IMG/VR virus record: IMGVR_UViG_3300023213_000527
Reading direction: 5' to 3' (one strand)
From: a virus
Length of the DNA stretch: 44,243 nucleotides
How positions within the stretch are numbered: position 1 is the first letter of the stretch; each line of letters starts with the position of its first letter. The notes beneath the pieces are model-generated. The model was not told the DNA's origin. It was given only the letters and a program-made list of their open reading frames with translations, and searched no databases. This document shows positions 10,901-20,123 of this stretch, in pieces. A program made the translations under genes and the position numbers.

Positions 10901-13033
10901 GTCTTGTCCAGCAAACGGCTCTTTAGTAATGGCTGGGCTACCAATTCTATTAGGATCTTCCATATCAATAGAAGAACCAAATTGCACTAGTGTTCCAATA
11001 CCTTCTTTCCACTTATAAACCAAACCATCAGGTGCATAGAAAATCTTGCTAACCCTGCCAGTGGTCTTATCCACCCCACGATCCTGCACTAAACTATCTG
11101 AAGAAGCTCGTTGTCCAGCATTTGGACCTAACTTAAATTTCACTAGTGGCGAATCGCTATCTTGCGATGTTCCAAGTAATTGTTTGTTCTCATCCAATAG
11201 TTCCGGAGTATCTGTTTTGGTGTTACTGCTCACTGTATCGAATCTTGTTTTGAATGGAGTCAAAGGATCAAATAAAGATCCATTAAAAACATCTATGCTG
11301 GGCTTAAAGTTAACTTTGCCCATGTCGAAATAGGCGCTATTATCTCTTCCCCGAACATCTACTCGAAAACTTCCATCTGACCAGTCATTGGTAGCACCAT
11401 CAACTACTCCCGCAAAAATATGTGTTCCTTCTTTCTCGGTGATGAATTGTCCGCGCATCAAAGCCCACAAGAAATTAGGAAAATCGGCTCCTACAAAAGC
11501 CGTTTTCTCCACTTGAAAATTGACACTTCCTGAAGGATTGAACAAAGTATCTACTGCATTCTTAGTATCTGTGACTGTTTTATTTAGATTTTGTAAGATT
11601 CCGGCACCACTAAACATATTCTGTAGACCTGACAACAGTTTAGTATCATATCTACTCTTAGAATTGATGTAGATATGAGCAATATCCATTGGCTGGATAA
11701 TTAGTTTTCCGGAGAAATTGAACCGCATCTTCCTTCTGGCGTAATTGGTATCTTTGTTGTTAGCCTTAAGAGCACCGCGAGAATTGGCATCTAAGCTCAA
11801 CTTACTAAAAATGGTGGTGATGAGACGTTGAAACAAAGTCAGTTCAGAATCAGGACTTCGATGGACTGTGCTGCCATCCAAAAAATTGAACGTTTTGTTA
11901 ACTGGGTCCAGTCCGTCAAAACCTGCCACCGCTCCACCTTTCAGATATTCTGGAGAAACTTGGGCACTCGCCCCAAAAGCGACACTTGAAAAAATATTTT
12001 CTGAAGATGAATTAGTAGTGAATGGAATCTCAATTCCTAAACGATCAATAATAGCAACCACGCGCCTGCCCAACAAAGTATCAGGGTTAATTTTAAAGGT
12101 GATTTGACTAGCGCCCCGATCAGAACGATACTGGTTGAGTCTAGTTTGAAGTTCGTTAATGAGTTGTTCCGAACTTTCCTTGCCAAATTGGAAAAATTTG
12201 TGATTGTAAAAAACGTTAGTGGCATCACTAATAGCTTTTTCAATGTCGTATTCAGTAATCAGCATGGATTCATAAGGATCCATAATGCTCAAATTAAAAC
12301 TGCCAGGATTTCGAATATCCAACCCTACAGTAGTATTGAAACTATTGAAGTTAGTAATTTCAATAACTCCTGTTCCTTGACCAAAGCTAGATTGGAACAA
12401 ATTAGTATTGTCAGTAATCCAAGTAGTGAGTGAATTAGTGGTATTAAATCCTTGAAGTTTTCTAATGCGATCTATTACTTTAACTAGACCAGTGACGTGA
12501 TTGCTAGAAGATAATGTTCCAAATCCTGCGAGATCCGTTCCCCCAAAGCTGGCTTGAGAAATAACATCGGTAAGAGAAGCAATTACGGGAATGAGTTGTT
12601 CGCCAACATTACCAACTGCGGAAGTGATCTTTTGAATCTTGGATAGTTTCTCCAAAGTAGCAATTTGCCGGCACTTATTCTGGAAAAGAACTCTCATTGC
12701 TTTATAATAGAGCTTTTCATTTTTATCCATAAAATCAGGGCGATAGTTTTCCGCAATGGAACTGAACATCCGTTTTTTGATCAGGATAGTGGCGTTGGGT
12801 TCTTGTAGCAATATTTCGAGTTGTTTGGGATTCGCCTGATAAGACGTGGCTCGGAGATATCCCTCCTCTGTGTAACTTCTAGTAGCAGATTGATCAATAC
12901 GAGAAGCTAGATCTCCAAGAGATCCGAATTTAGTTTGATGTCCATCTACCACTGCATCAAGAGTGTGAGTTTGATTTTCGCCGATCGAAAATTGAGTGCT
13001 TAATTGATTTGTAAGAGCAGATAGGAATGACAT
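7964..13033 (-). CDS. Large baseplate hub protein, gp27/gpD-like
   Basis: 1689 aa; IFAGVVD...VDVRGRD and C-terminal GTATISGNEFMQPGEVV...FYVSSVRHSF...FTTTLELTYG typical of hub proteins; large helical insert. Confidence 0.7.
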   Translation of the reverse strand: MSFLSALTNQLSTQFSIGENQTHTLDAVVDGHQTKFGSLGDLASRIDQSATRSYTEEGYLRATSYQANPKQLEILLQEPNATILIKKRMFSSIAENYRPDFMDKNEKLYYKAMRVLFQNKCRQIATLEKLSKIQKITSAVGNVGEQLIPVIASLTDVISQASFGGTDLAGFGTLSSSNHVTGLVKVIDRIRKLQGFNTTNSLTTWITDNTNLFQSSFGQGTGVIEITNFNSFNTTVGLDIRNPGSFNLSIMDPYESMLITEYDIEKAISDATNVFYNHKFFQFGKESSEQLINELQTRLNQYRSDRGASQITFKINPDTLLGRRVVAIIDRLGIEIPFTTNSSSENIFSSVAFGASAQVSPEYLKGGAVAGFDGLDPVNKTFNFLDGSTVHRSPDSELTLFQRLITTIFSKLSLDANSRGALKANNKDTNYARRKMRFNFSGKLIIQPMDIAHIYINSKSRYDTKLLSGLQNMFSGAGILQNLNKTVTDTKNAVDTLFNPSGSVNFQVEKTAFVGADFPNFLWALMRGQFITEKEGTHIFAGVVDGATNDWSDGSFRVDVRGRDNSAYFDMGKVNFKPSIDVFNGSLFDPLTPFKTRFDTVSSNTKTDTPELLDENKQLLGTSQDSDSPLVKFKLGPNAGQRASSDSLVQDRGVDKTTGRVSKIFYAPDGLVYKWKEGIGTLVQFGSSIDMEDPNRIGSPAITKEPFAGQDIMNVLSLLITGQPYNFANYWKTVVNFDSGGRDPQSGQDAAYSYYDALKNDLSKNNALWGNFVPFKNLVMDEQTYALMQTQLNIITRNKDLETKLQKVADLSRKMLIFGAGVDIAFDNKDTFNKDKMAAEAERNVLASGVLDLVSKEQEDRKKFSGLVQFGSDTSFDFNEFIDSNKSSKQANDPGLRRLLRRQLNYLTHRMSYNVRANEDKNLFIVDDFYDKDYDILAYETVLTDGIRLYNNEFTSVREKISYVAGLLDLEVFCDTQGHIRIRPSQYNRMPASIFYRMMYLKKASGVQVFPQFLDDLFSEQIKALIQKVEILEDQIRLDCAVLGINSDADAKSFILSNGSTSGSGDSFGFLSNEATGKIISIKELIRAANPDQQDTVQPDARTAFIGLEGQAKSTKDVFNTSQRVLAVLDSIGSITSSKLAQAGYGITDINAFQNNTLIDRLINRIRDASGQEISRTSFLDPGASDTGGTSFPAGTIIDSFKTIQELADKIRDRQKAIKLLYGALKNATEFKSLDDENDNTAGQLLMPGIFGNKQIPEVFEHMIEDESYDDYGIGSGTRYIIKNSQIRNINITETPPDFTYVEVHGQLDPFISSTSLPSDLNVFPSGGNGLVTGAAIDYDMWRNYGFKQQNSINVPFLKDPNTQCAPYAAMLLARARRNILRGTATISGNEFMQPGEVVFVESRGMLFYVSSVRHSFTYSSGFTTTLELTYGHTPGEYIPTPLDVVGKMLYNNRDLNDFVIQRQTSAFNETNLGVLLKDKRSRTNSAFSSNTFDSSDLIGGGDPNQQINTYSTFNAQTINNILYTAAYRINANNSKGNTIKASVELRVYFDDSQAVNNELVLFANKVKKILTTPGAGPKQLFKNTTGVATNPHLNPSNVSIVQVNMSDKNQPKSPSQKAFDAARNNISNVSLMDSALPQPDTTENSSKKANVITPSQPKDKIRSALFNFVVDCWIKFDQVTPEQAKANG

Positions 13034-13035
13034 GT

Positions 13036-13869
13036 TTAGTTTTTACTTCTCAGATTTTTGACTGATCTTCTGCTACCATCCATGATGTTTTGTTTAGCGG
13101 AAAATGGACGGAGATTTTCTAACGCCCAGCACTTCCTGAAGTTCTCATCTTTCATGGAAATATAAGGCAAACTATGCTGAGGAATGATATGATCTAATTG
13201 CCATATCCATGTAGATGAATCATTGTCGTCCCAATATCGCGGATTATACATTCCCCAATTATTCCAAGTCATCCATGATTCAAATTGATTTTCTATATGA
13301 CATTTAAGTTCGTTGATAGTATATGGCAAAAATTTAATAATCGACCCATTTTTGGTTGTGCCATTAATTTTAATTGCTTGTCTGATAGATTTAGAAACTC
13401 GCAACCGTAACTTGAAAACAGGATCTCTTTTAAGACGCTCTCTAACATCTTTTTTAATCTTAGGTAGACGTCTTTTGCGATAACATGGGTTACAATAAAG
13501 TCCATGAAACAGAAATTCATCGCCCTCCAATTTACATTCTTTGCATACCTTGATATTGGATCTTGGCTTAGGCGGTCCATGATCCATCAACCATTTTGTT
13601 CTTTGTTTTTTATTAAAACATACTTTACACAATGCACTATGAAATAGTGATTTTTCCCCTTCGAATTCACACTCTTTACATTTTTTCCATTCGCCCGAAT
13701 TTCTTTTAGGGGACACAGTTTTGCCCCGTTTAATAAAATATCTTTCTCGTTCTCTTTCATTAAAGCATTTTTGGCAGTAATTGCTATAACCTTGTTTGCC
13801 AAACGATTCCCGAAGACCCAAGAATCCACACCTCTGGCACGTCTTGGTTTTTATTTTTGCTATCGACAT
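13036..13869 (-). CDS. HNH/EndoVII-like homing endonuclease with three Zn-ribbon repeats
   Basis: Three CxxC...CxxC units then WQLDHIIP...CWALENLRPFSAKQN. Confidence 0.85.
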   Translation of the reverse strand: MSIAKIKTKTCQRCGFLGLRESFGKQGYSNYCQKCFNERERERYFIKRGKTVSPKRNSGEWKKCKECEFEGEKSLFHSALCKVCFNKKQRTKWLMDHGPPKPRSNIKVCKECKLEGDEFLFHGLYCNPCYRKRRLPKIKKDVRERLKRDPVFKLRLRVSKSIRQAIKINGTTKNGSIIKFLPYTINELKCHIENQFESWMTWNNWGMYNPRYWDDNDSSTWIWQLDHIIPQHSLPYISMKDENFRKCWALENLRPFSAKQNIMDGSRRSVKNLRSKN

Positions 13870-14774
13870 TAGAAACCACCCACAACACTTCCTGAGAAAC
13901 TGTTAGGAGTTGTGGATTGAGACGGTCCATCTTTGGAACTTCTTTCCCAGCCAAATCTGTTGGTGCGGTATCCACGACGTTGAGTAGCAATAAAGTTGAT
14001 GTCATATTCCATCAAAAAATTATCTGCTCGCTCGCGAACTGTCATATTCTCGAAATAACCACGATATACCCAACCCGCATAATACATTTCCACAGTAAAA
14101 GCTAATTGAGCTAGCGAAGGAATATTTCGAGCAGATAGGGTATTATTGGGAGAATCAAGTCCAAGAATGCCTCCTAAAATTCCTTGTCCTGCAGCGGCGG
14201 CGTTTGGAGAATTGCCAGTGCCCCCAAATAATTTACTCACTTCTCCACCAATCGCGCCCCCGATTCCATTAACTAAGTTTTGAGCTACATCAGCAGAGGC
14301 GTTATTAGCTGCCAATGTCATCCCAATGGAATCAAAAGCATATTGTTCTGCCCGATAGATTTCATGAAGAACATTGATACCCTCCACGCCAGCACTTCCA
14401 GTAGTTCCAGTGATAACCATACTAGTGAGATCCTCTCCCCAATATTGTAGCGTGTAACCGCCCTTGGTTCGATCTCGGTTGATCAATTTTCGATCAGTAT
14501 ATGTGATCCCCTGTGGGTTAACATACATCCGCACCAAACCGAATTCCGGAATAAACCAAGTAATGATGTTTCTTTTAATTTGAGCATCACGAAAACTTGG
14601 CACTTTGCTGTACGGTAAGCCAGTTCCGTCCGGCTGAAAAGTCGCCGGCAATAAAAACCCATCCGATCTAAATTGATTTGCTTGACTTTGAGTCAATGGA
14701 TTATTATTGTTCAGGAATTGTTGTGCCTGATCTATTCCGCTTGTTAAATCATCCAATAAAGTAGTGCCAGCCAT
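13869..14774 (-). CDS. Tail tube initiator / baseplate tube-like protein (gp48/gp54-like)
   Basis: MYVNPQxIxY...RTKGGY..QYWGE...ITGTTG and YRGYFENMTVRE; between tape measure and hub. Confidence 0.55.
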   Translation of the reverse strand: MAGTTLLDDLTSGIDQAQQFLNNNNPLTQSQANQFRSDGFLLPATFQPDGTGLPYSKVPSFRDAQIKRNIITWFIPEFGLVRMYVNPQGITYTDRKLINRDRTKGGYTLQYWGEDLTSMVITGTTGSAGVEGINVLHEIYRAEQYAFDSIGMTLAANNASADVAQNLVNGIGGAIGGEVSKLFGGTGNSPNAAAAGQGILGGILGLDSPNNTLSARNIPSLAQLAFTVEMYYAGWVYRGYFENMTVRERADNFLMEYDINFIATQRRGYRTNRFGWERSSKDGPSQSTTPNSFSGSVVGGF

Positions 14775-14786
14775 GTAAAGTTCCTA

Positions 14787-16970
14787 TTATTTGCGCGCTC
14801 TTCCTTGAGGTGCAGTTGAAATAGTTTGTTCATTGCCCATCATTTCCACTCCACAGTTGAGACAATATCCCTCAATAACATTGTGAATGGTGATAGCTCC
14901 ACCAGTTGCAGGAGCAGCAGTTGTAGTTGCAGTAGTAGGAGAAAATCCACCAGTTGGAGTTGTGGTAGTCGGCATTGGTCTTTCGGCTACACCTGCAGCG
15001 GCGGTTCCTACTTGGGCCCCCGCTTTTCTTCGAGTTGCTTGTTCATATCCAGCGTAAGTGGAAAACTGGCCAGGATCAACTCCAGTAGGAATAGTTCCGG
15101 TTAAACCACGACTTGATAATCCGCCTCTTCCCATAATCTTTTGGATTTGTTGAAAAAAAGTCTCAAAAGCAGTGCCAGCTTCTTGAAAAAATCTTCCATA
15201 CTCATCGACGATCTGTTCCGAGTATTCCTTCCGCATATCAGTTAGATTCTTAGCTTGCATATTCAAAGCTACTTTTCCAGTAGCGGCGGTGGCCCGTTCT
15301 GAATGACGTCTCAAGTTTTCTCTTGCTTCCGCCGCCACATCTCCTCCTTCTATTTCTTCTCCGACACCAGCTGTCAATCCAAAACGTTGAATGCCACCAA
15401 GAATAGGAACTCCTGCAGCCCCGGTAGATCTCTCTAAGATAGTTCTGATTCGGGTTAATTCGCTATACGATTTGTCTTGGATGTCTTGTCCTCTATCGAT
15501 GGTATCTTTGAGAACGGTACGAGATAACTCTTCGGCAGAAATCTGTCCTTGTTGCAACTTAGGAAATGCCTCTAATAATCGAATTGCCTGTTGATCTGTT
15601 TGAGCAAATTGTCCCAATGGACCTTGTCGCATCAAAGCAATTTGTCGAGTCATTTGTGCTGCAGCTGCTGGACTTCGAGAAGCTTCTTCCAAAGTGACGA
15701 CAGACCCGAACTGACGTTGCATAGTTTGTCGAACACGATTAAATACTTCCAATAATCCAGTGGGAGAGCGGAGCATATTTTCAATTTGAAAGGCTCCCAT
15801 TAATCCACCGGGACCACCAGTTTGAGCAGAAAGAAAAGCTTTTTGGGCTAGACTTAGCTGATTAATCTGTCCAGTAAAATTACGATAAATCTCAATAATT
15901 GGTTTGGCGCCCAGTCCAGTATTTTGCATTGCTCCTAAAAATCGACTCAAAAGAGCAGCTGCACCCTCTGATTCATTTCCAAAAAATTTAAAGGTTTCCG
16001 CAGTTTCCATTAAAGCAGATCGAACATCTTCCAATTGAATGTGAAACTTGTTAGCAACTTCTCCCATTCGAGCGGTAAATAACAAAGCTGGTTCTCCAGT
16101 AACGCCATACAATTCAAACGCTTCGCCCATATCTTTGACTACATCAGCAAAACTTCTTCCTGCTCCACGAGCTAATTGAATGGTGGCAGCTAACATTCCC
16201 ATATTTTGCCCTAAAGCGTCACCTAATCGAATGTTTTGTTGCAAAACACCCGGAATAGTTCCTAATTGAGCCCAATACTTCTCTACGTCTTCGGTTAATA
16301 ATCCGGTGGCACTAGCAGTTTCGCCTACCATTTCTTGATGTCGAGCCAAAACAGCATTAATGTCTCGAAGTCGAGTTCCGCCAGCCGCAAATAGTTCATT
16401 GAGAGTTCCGGTTCTTCCCGATAGCTGAATGATTGCGTTCTGCAATCGCAAAGCATTGTCGGCAGCCGCTAAAGAATTTTTAGCCAAAGCCCAAACGGCA
16501 TCTGCTCCCTTTTGTCGAGCCGCAGTGATTTGTGATTCAGTTGCTCCAGCATGACGAGCAATTCCGATCAAACTCTCCATCGCAGTAGTAGCTTTACTAG
16601 CCGCAGTTTCGCCGGAAAGCAACATATCTCGAATGCGATCAAGATTTTGTCCAAAAGTAGTGAATCCAGATTGGTCAATTCCGGCTAAACCAGTAAATGC
16701 TTCTCGAACTTTTAAGACGCTAGTAGTTAGAAGAGCAAATTTTAATGACTGATCAGAGGTGGAACGTCCCATTTCTCGAAGAGCTGTGCCTGCTCTATTG
16801 GCCACATCTTTAATGCCATTCATAATGGATTGTGTAATTCCCAAAATGTTACTGGTGCGCGTGCTTTCTTCTCCTAAACGCTTTTCTTCATTGGTTACAT
16901 TTTCCAATGATTTAGCTAAAGCATCGTTCGCCTCAGTTTGTTTTTGGATTTGTTCGGGAGTATCAACCAT
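14787..16970 (-). CDS. Tail tape measure protein
   Basis: 727 aa, Ala/Gly/Gln-rich helical sequence; immediately after the frameshifted chaperone pair. Confidence 0.75.
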   Translation of the reverse strand: MVDTPEQIQKQTEANDALAKSLENVTNEEKRLGEESTRTSNILGITQSIMNGIKDVANRAGTALREMGRSTSDQSLKFALLTTSVLKVREAFTGLAGIDQSGFTTFGQNLDRIRDMLLSGETAASKATTAMESLIGIARHAGATESQITAARQKGADAVWALAKNSLAAADNALRLQNAIIQLSGRTGTLNELFAAGGTRLRDINAVLARHQEMVGETASATGLLTEDVEKYWAQLGTIPGVLQQNIRLGDALGQNMGMLAATIQLARGAGRSFADVVKDMGEAFELYGVTGEPALLFTARMGEVANKFHIQLEDVRSALMETAETFKFFGNESEGAAALLSRFLGAMQNTGLGAKPIIEIYRNFTGQINQLSLAQKAFLSAQTGGPGGLMGAFQIENMLRSPTGLLEVFNRVRQTMQRQFGSVVTLEEASRSPAAAAQMTRQIALMRQGPLGQFAQTDQQAIRLLEAFPKLQQGQISAEELSRTVLKDTIDRGQDIQDKSYSELTRIRTILERSTGAAGVPILGGIQRFGLTAGVGEEIEGGDVAAEARENLRRHSERATAATGKVALNMQAKNLTDMRKEYSEQIVDEYGRFFQEAGTAFETFFQQIQKIMGRGGLSSRGLTGTIPTGVDPGQFSTYAGYEQATRRKAGAQVGTAAAGVAERPMPTTTTPTGGFSPTTATTTAAPATGGAITIHNVIEGYCLNCGVEMMGNEQTISTAPQGRARK

Positions 16971-16973
16971 TTA

Positions 16974-17324
16974 TCATCCTGTAACTAAATGCCGGCGCTT
17001 ACGTTTTCTGCCCTGATTTGGCGGCGGTGTCTGGGCACTAGCTTCCTTGACCATTCTACTGGATTCCTCAAATTCTTCTTCGGTGGATTCATGAACATTT
17101 CCTTCACCCAACAATTGTTTAACGGCTTCCGGATGGTCAAAAGAAGCTATTAAGTATGCGTGATTTTTAGCAAGGTCAGCATTTTCTACTTGATCTGCTG
17201 CCCAATTCTCAAACATCCACATTTTCTGAACCGGATCTAATTCTTCAAAGAAAGGATCATCAGGTTTTTTCTGGTAGATTTTGCAAAGTTCCCATAGAAA
17301 CCGGTGTTCCGGTTCAGACGCTAT
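16974..17324 (-). CDS. Tail assembly chaperone, -1 frameshift extension (lambda gpT-like part)
   Basis: The -1 frame is open from the A-AAA-AAA site (IASEPEHRFLWELCKIYQKKPDDPFF...) into the 16974..17222 ORF. Confidence 0.8.
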   Translation of the reverse strand: MASEPEHRFLWELCKIYQKKPDDPFFEELDPVQKMWMFENWAADQVENADLAKNHAYLIASFDHPEAVKQLLGEGNVHESTEEEFEESSRMVKEASAQTPPPNQGRKRKRRHLVTG

Positions 17325-17330
17325 TTTTTT
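17299..17330 (-). promoter_or_regulatory. Programmed -1 frameshift signal
   Basis: Heptamer A AAA AAA (17330-17324) followed by hairpin AACCGG-AACA-CCGGTT (17314-17299). Confidence 0.8.
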
Positions 17331-18016
17331 AGATCGTCAATCACCTCCTTAGCATCTTTTTCTGTTTTGATAGCGAATTTTTCATCTGCTTCCTTGGTCA
17401 TTAGCAAATATTCACTATAAAGCCGATTGAGAAGGGCATCGTCTTGTTCATCAATGAAATTTAAACGAGCACTAAGCTCAGAAGAATTTACAAAAGATTC
17501 AATATCTACTCCTGCTACTTGTTTTAAGGAACGACCTAACAATTGACGACGAATTTCAAAGGAAGCTTGAATAGTTCCATCGAACTCTGCAGCTGAAGTC
17601 ATTGCTTCTCGCATCTCTTTGCCTTTGAGTGTTTGAAGAACAAAGGCATTTTCTCCAATAACTACCTCACGAATAGTTCGAGTCATACCAACTAGCATTT
17701 CAATTCGTCGCTTGGCGCCTTCGTTTAAACGTTCTTTGCCAGAACGACGCATTTCTTTAGCTTGTCGAATCTGTTTTTCTAACTCTGCAGGTTCGTCTTG
17801 GATTTGAAGATGAGATTGAAAAGCGCGCAATTCATCTTCGTTGGGAACCGCAACAGTTCGTTGTTTAGATGGCGGAGTCGGATTAACAGGCTCTTCCATA
17901 TATCCGCTTTCATCGGAAATTTCGAATTCTTTTAGGGGCGTAGCGGCAAACTTTTTGCTACCTATCGGGCTATCATAATGAGGCATAACTAACTCCACAA
18001 GTTGAGGATTTATCAT
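17321..18016 (-). CDS. Tail assembly chaperone (lambda gpG-like part); alternative start ATG 17986 with GGAG RBS
   Basis: Acidic 231-aa ORF between tube and tape measure, ends CTA AAA AAA TAG. Confidence 0.8.
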   Translation of the reverse strand: MINPQLVELVMPHYDSPIGSKKFAATPLKEFEISDESGYMEEPVNPTPPSKQRTVAVPNEDELRAFQSHLQIQDEPAELEKQIRQAKEMRRSGKERLNEGAKRRIEMLVGMTRTIREVVIGENAFVLQTLKGKEMREAMTSAAEFDGTIQASFEIRRQLLGRSLKQVAGVDIESFVNSSELSARLNFIDEQDDALLNRLYSEYLLMTKEADEKFAIKTEKDAKEVIDDLKK

Positions 18017-18243
18017 GAGGCGAGAGATGAATACGTTTTCTCAAAAATATTTTAACAAAAGTACGCATATGGTGATATATAACACACGAAGCTAATATTG
18101 ACGAAAACCAAGTTAATATAGCGGAATGAAAACCTGTCTGGTTACGGGACGCAATCGGACATAAAACAAAAACGCGGTGAGGCGCTAGCAGTATTTAGGT
18201 CAATGAAACGCGAAGCTTTTGCCCTTAGGCAAAGGTAGTTCAC
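18017..18243 (+). mobile_element. Non-autonomous IS200/IS605-derived mini-element copy 1 (omegaRNA-like right end, no tnpA/tnpB)
   Basis: Ends GAAG-CTTTTGCC-CTTA-GGCAAAGG-TAGTTCAC; half left-end hairpin GCGAGAGATGAAT; homologous to 20154..20424. Confidence 0.75.
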
Positions 18244-18249
18244 ATAGAG

Positions 18250-19401
18250 TTATATATCACCTGGATTTAGAATATTTGTTTCCCATTTGATAATTAGCTT
18301 ATAGCCACTGTTACGAAGGATAGTTTCTCGTCGAATAGTTTCTTGATAAAGATCCCCAAAAGTCCTTTTATTATCTGAATTTGTCTCACTTGGAGAGTAA
18401 ATTGCCGGATTACCATGCCAATAATCGCCATAAAATTCGTAAATAGTATTGGTTGTAGGATCAAAGCCATCTACTTTGAAAATCTTAGAACCAACCTTAA
18501 TAGGGTATTGGCGGTGTTCTAGTGGAATGTCTAGAGAATTAAGCCAAGCTTGTTCTGGTTTGGAGATCAAATGACCACAGGATGGACAACCAACACCACG
18601 TAAATGGGAATAAACCGCTTGCCCAAAAATTCCATGTTTTTTACAGATTATAGAAACAATAGACTTGGTTTTAGGAATATTGATCAGAGAATAATCATAT
18701 TTATCACCATGCGTCTCTTTAGCACGAAATAAAAATTCTTCCATCGTAAGCGGTTCCAAATGCTTTCCAAGATTATACTTCAAATTTTGTCTTGCACATT
18801 GCTTGCATTTTCTTCCAGTTAAATGATTGCTTGGAGTTTGCCAAAAAGAACCATGATGTTTGCAGACAATTTGTATTGCAGTTTTACTGTGTTTATAGTC
18901 CACGAAAGAATAATCGTAAGTTTCGTTTCCATGGACGAGAATTGCTTTCTCTATGAATTTTTCCTTGGAACTAGTCTTTTTCTCATTAGCACACTTTAAA
19001 CATCCATTACCTTGCAAATGATGCATTGGTGTTTGAGAAAATTTACCATGTGTTTTACAGATGATGGATATGTGAGCTTTTCCATTTTTATATTTTACTA
19101 AAGAATAGTCATAAGTCGTTCTATGAATAGCAATAGCCTTTTGGATAAATTCTTCGGTTGTTAGTGGTTGCATAAATGCGCTAAGATTTTTAGCTTGTTG
19201 TATATGAGCACATTTCTGACAGCCATGTCCGTCCTTCATCAAATGAATAATAGGCTTTTGTTTAAATTGTCCATGAACAGGACAAATAATGATCACTGGA
19301 ATGTTGCTTAAACTATAAACGACTAGCGAGTAGTCATATAGATCGCCATGAACAAATTTGGCTTTGACAACGAATTGCTCAGTTGTTAATTTGGCTGGCA
19401 C
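18250..19401 (-). CDS. Putative homing endonuclease: four Zn-binding repeats plus Vsr/PD-(D/E)XK-like domain
   Basis: 4x repeat TxEEFIxKAxxxHGxxYDYS...CxxHGxFxQ...HLxGxGCxxC; C-terminal VDGFD...IYEFYGDYWHG. Confidence 0.8.
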   Translation of the reverse strand: MPAKLTTEQFVVKAKFVHGDLYDYSLVVYSLSNIPVIIICPVHGQFKQKPIIHLMKDGHGCQKCAHIQQAKNLSAFMQPLTTEEFIQKAIAIHRTTYDYSLVKYKNGKAHISIICKTHGKFSQTPMHHLQGNGCLKCANEKKTSSKEKFIEKAILVHGNETYDYSFVDYKHSKTAIQIVCKHHGSFWQTPSNHLTGRKCKQCARQNLKYNLGKHLEPLTMEEFLFRAKETHGDKYDYSLINIPKTKSIVSIICKKHGIFGQAVYSHLRGVGCPSCGHLISKPEQAWLNSLDIPLEHRQYPIKVGSKIFKVDGFDPTTNTIYEFYGDYWHGNPAIYSPSETNSDNKRTFGDLYQETIRRETILRNSGYKLIIKWETNILNPGDI

Positions 19402-19424
19402 GTAGAATCATATAACGTATCAAA

Positions 19425-20102
19425 TTAAAATAGAGTAACGTCACTTCCAATATCAATTAATCCAGCAGCATCGAGCGAACCTCTACGTGCTCCCGTATCA
19501 GCAAGTTGCTCCACGTTAACAATATTATTGCCGCTAATGACGTTAGCCACACCATTCGGACCCGCTCCAAGATGTTTAATGCCAATCTCTCCGCCAACAG
19601 CTACAGGAGTTGAGTTTCCGTTGTTTAGCACGCTGAAGATATCTTCTGCTTCCCAGTTCATAGTCTCGCTAATTACCCAATCGCTTACTTGATAAGTGTA
19701 GCTTATTTCTCCAATCCATACATTTTTGATAACGGTGGAAATTTGGCTGGACTGGTCTCGCTTCTGTTTGTCCAAAACCACAATATCAAACGGATAAACT
19801 TGACTCTTGGCATGAATAAAACCTCGAGAAAAAGCTTCTGCAATTCTTAAACGATCGAAACGAATTCGCTGACAAGTACCAGTAACGTTGGTAGATTGAT
19901 TAGGAACAGAATCCACGTGCCCATCGGTTCCAACTTCATCGATCATCCGAATTGGACGCCTCTCTGTAATAGCCAAAGATTGAACTGCACCTACTGGTGT
20001 ATTATTAACCAGAATAATAATATTAGTAGATATTCCGGTGCTGGTTTTATTAAGTCCGCTAGGCAGCGTAATTGTCGAACCAGTGTTAGGAGCTGTGGCC
20101 AT
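19425..20102 (-). CDS. Tail tube protein
   Basis: VGAVQSLAITERR...EVGTDG...DSVP and IKNVWIGEISY tube-like patterns; between sheath and chaperone; AAGGA RBS. Confidence 0.8.
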   Translation of the reverse strand: MATAPNTGSTITLPSGLNKTSTGISTNIIILVNNTPVGAVQSLAITERRPIRMIDEVGTDGHVDSVPNQSTNVTGTCQRIRFDRLRIAEAFSRGFIHAKSQVYPFDIVVLDKQKRDQSSQISTVIKNVWIGEISYTYQVSDWVISETMNWEAEDIFSVLNNGNSTPVAVGGEIGIKHLGAGPNGVANVISGNNIVNVEQLADTGARRGSLDAAGLIDIGSDVTLF

Positions 20103-20123
20103 TAGTTATTCCTTGTGTTGATA

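Noticed and set aside
18071-18261. Inverted repeat GGTGATATATAAC as terminal repeats or a self-targeting guide
   Set aside because: Explained by two opposing copies of the promoter motif; the 5' seed of the predicted guide mismatches
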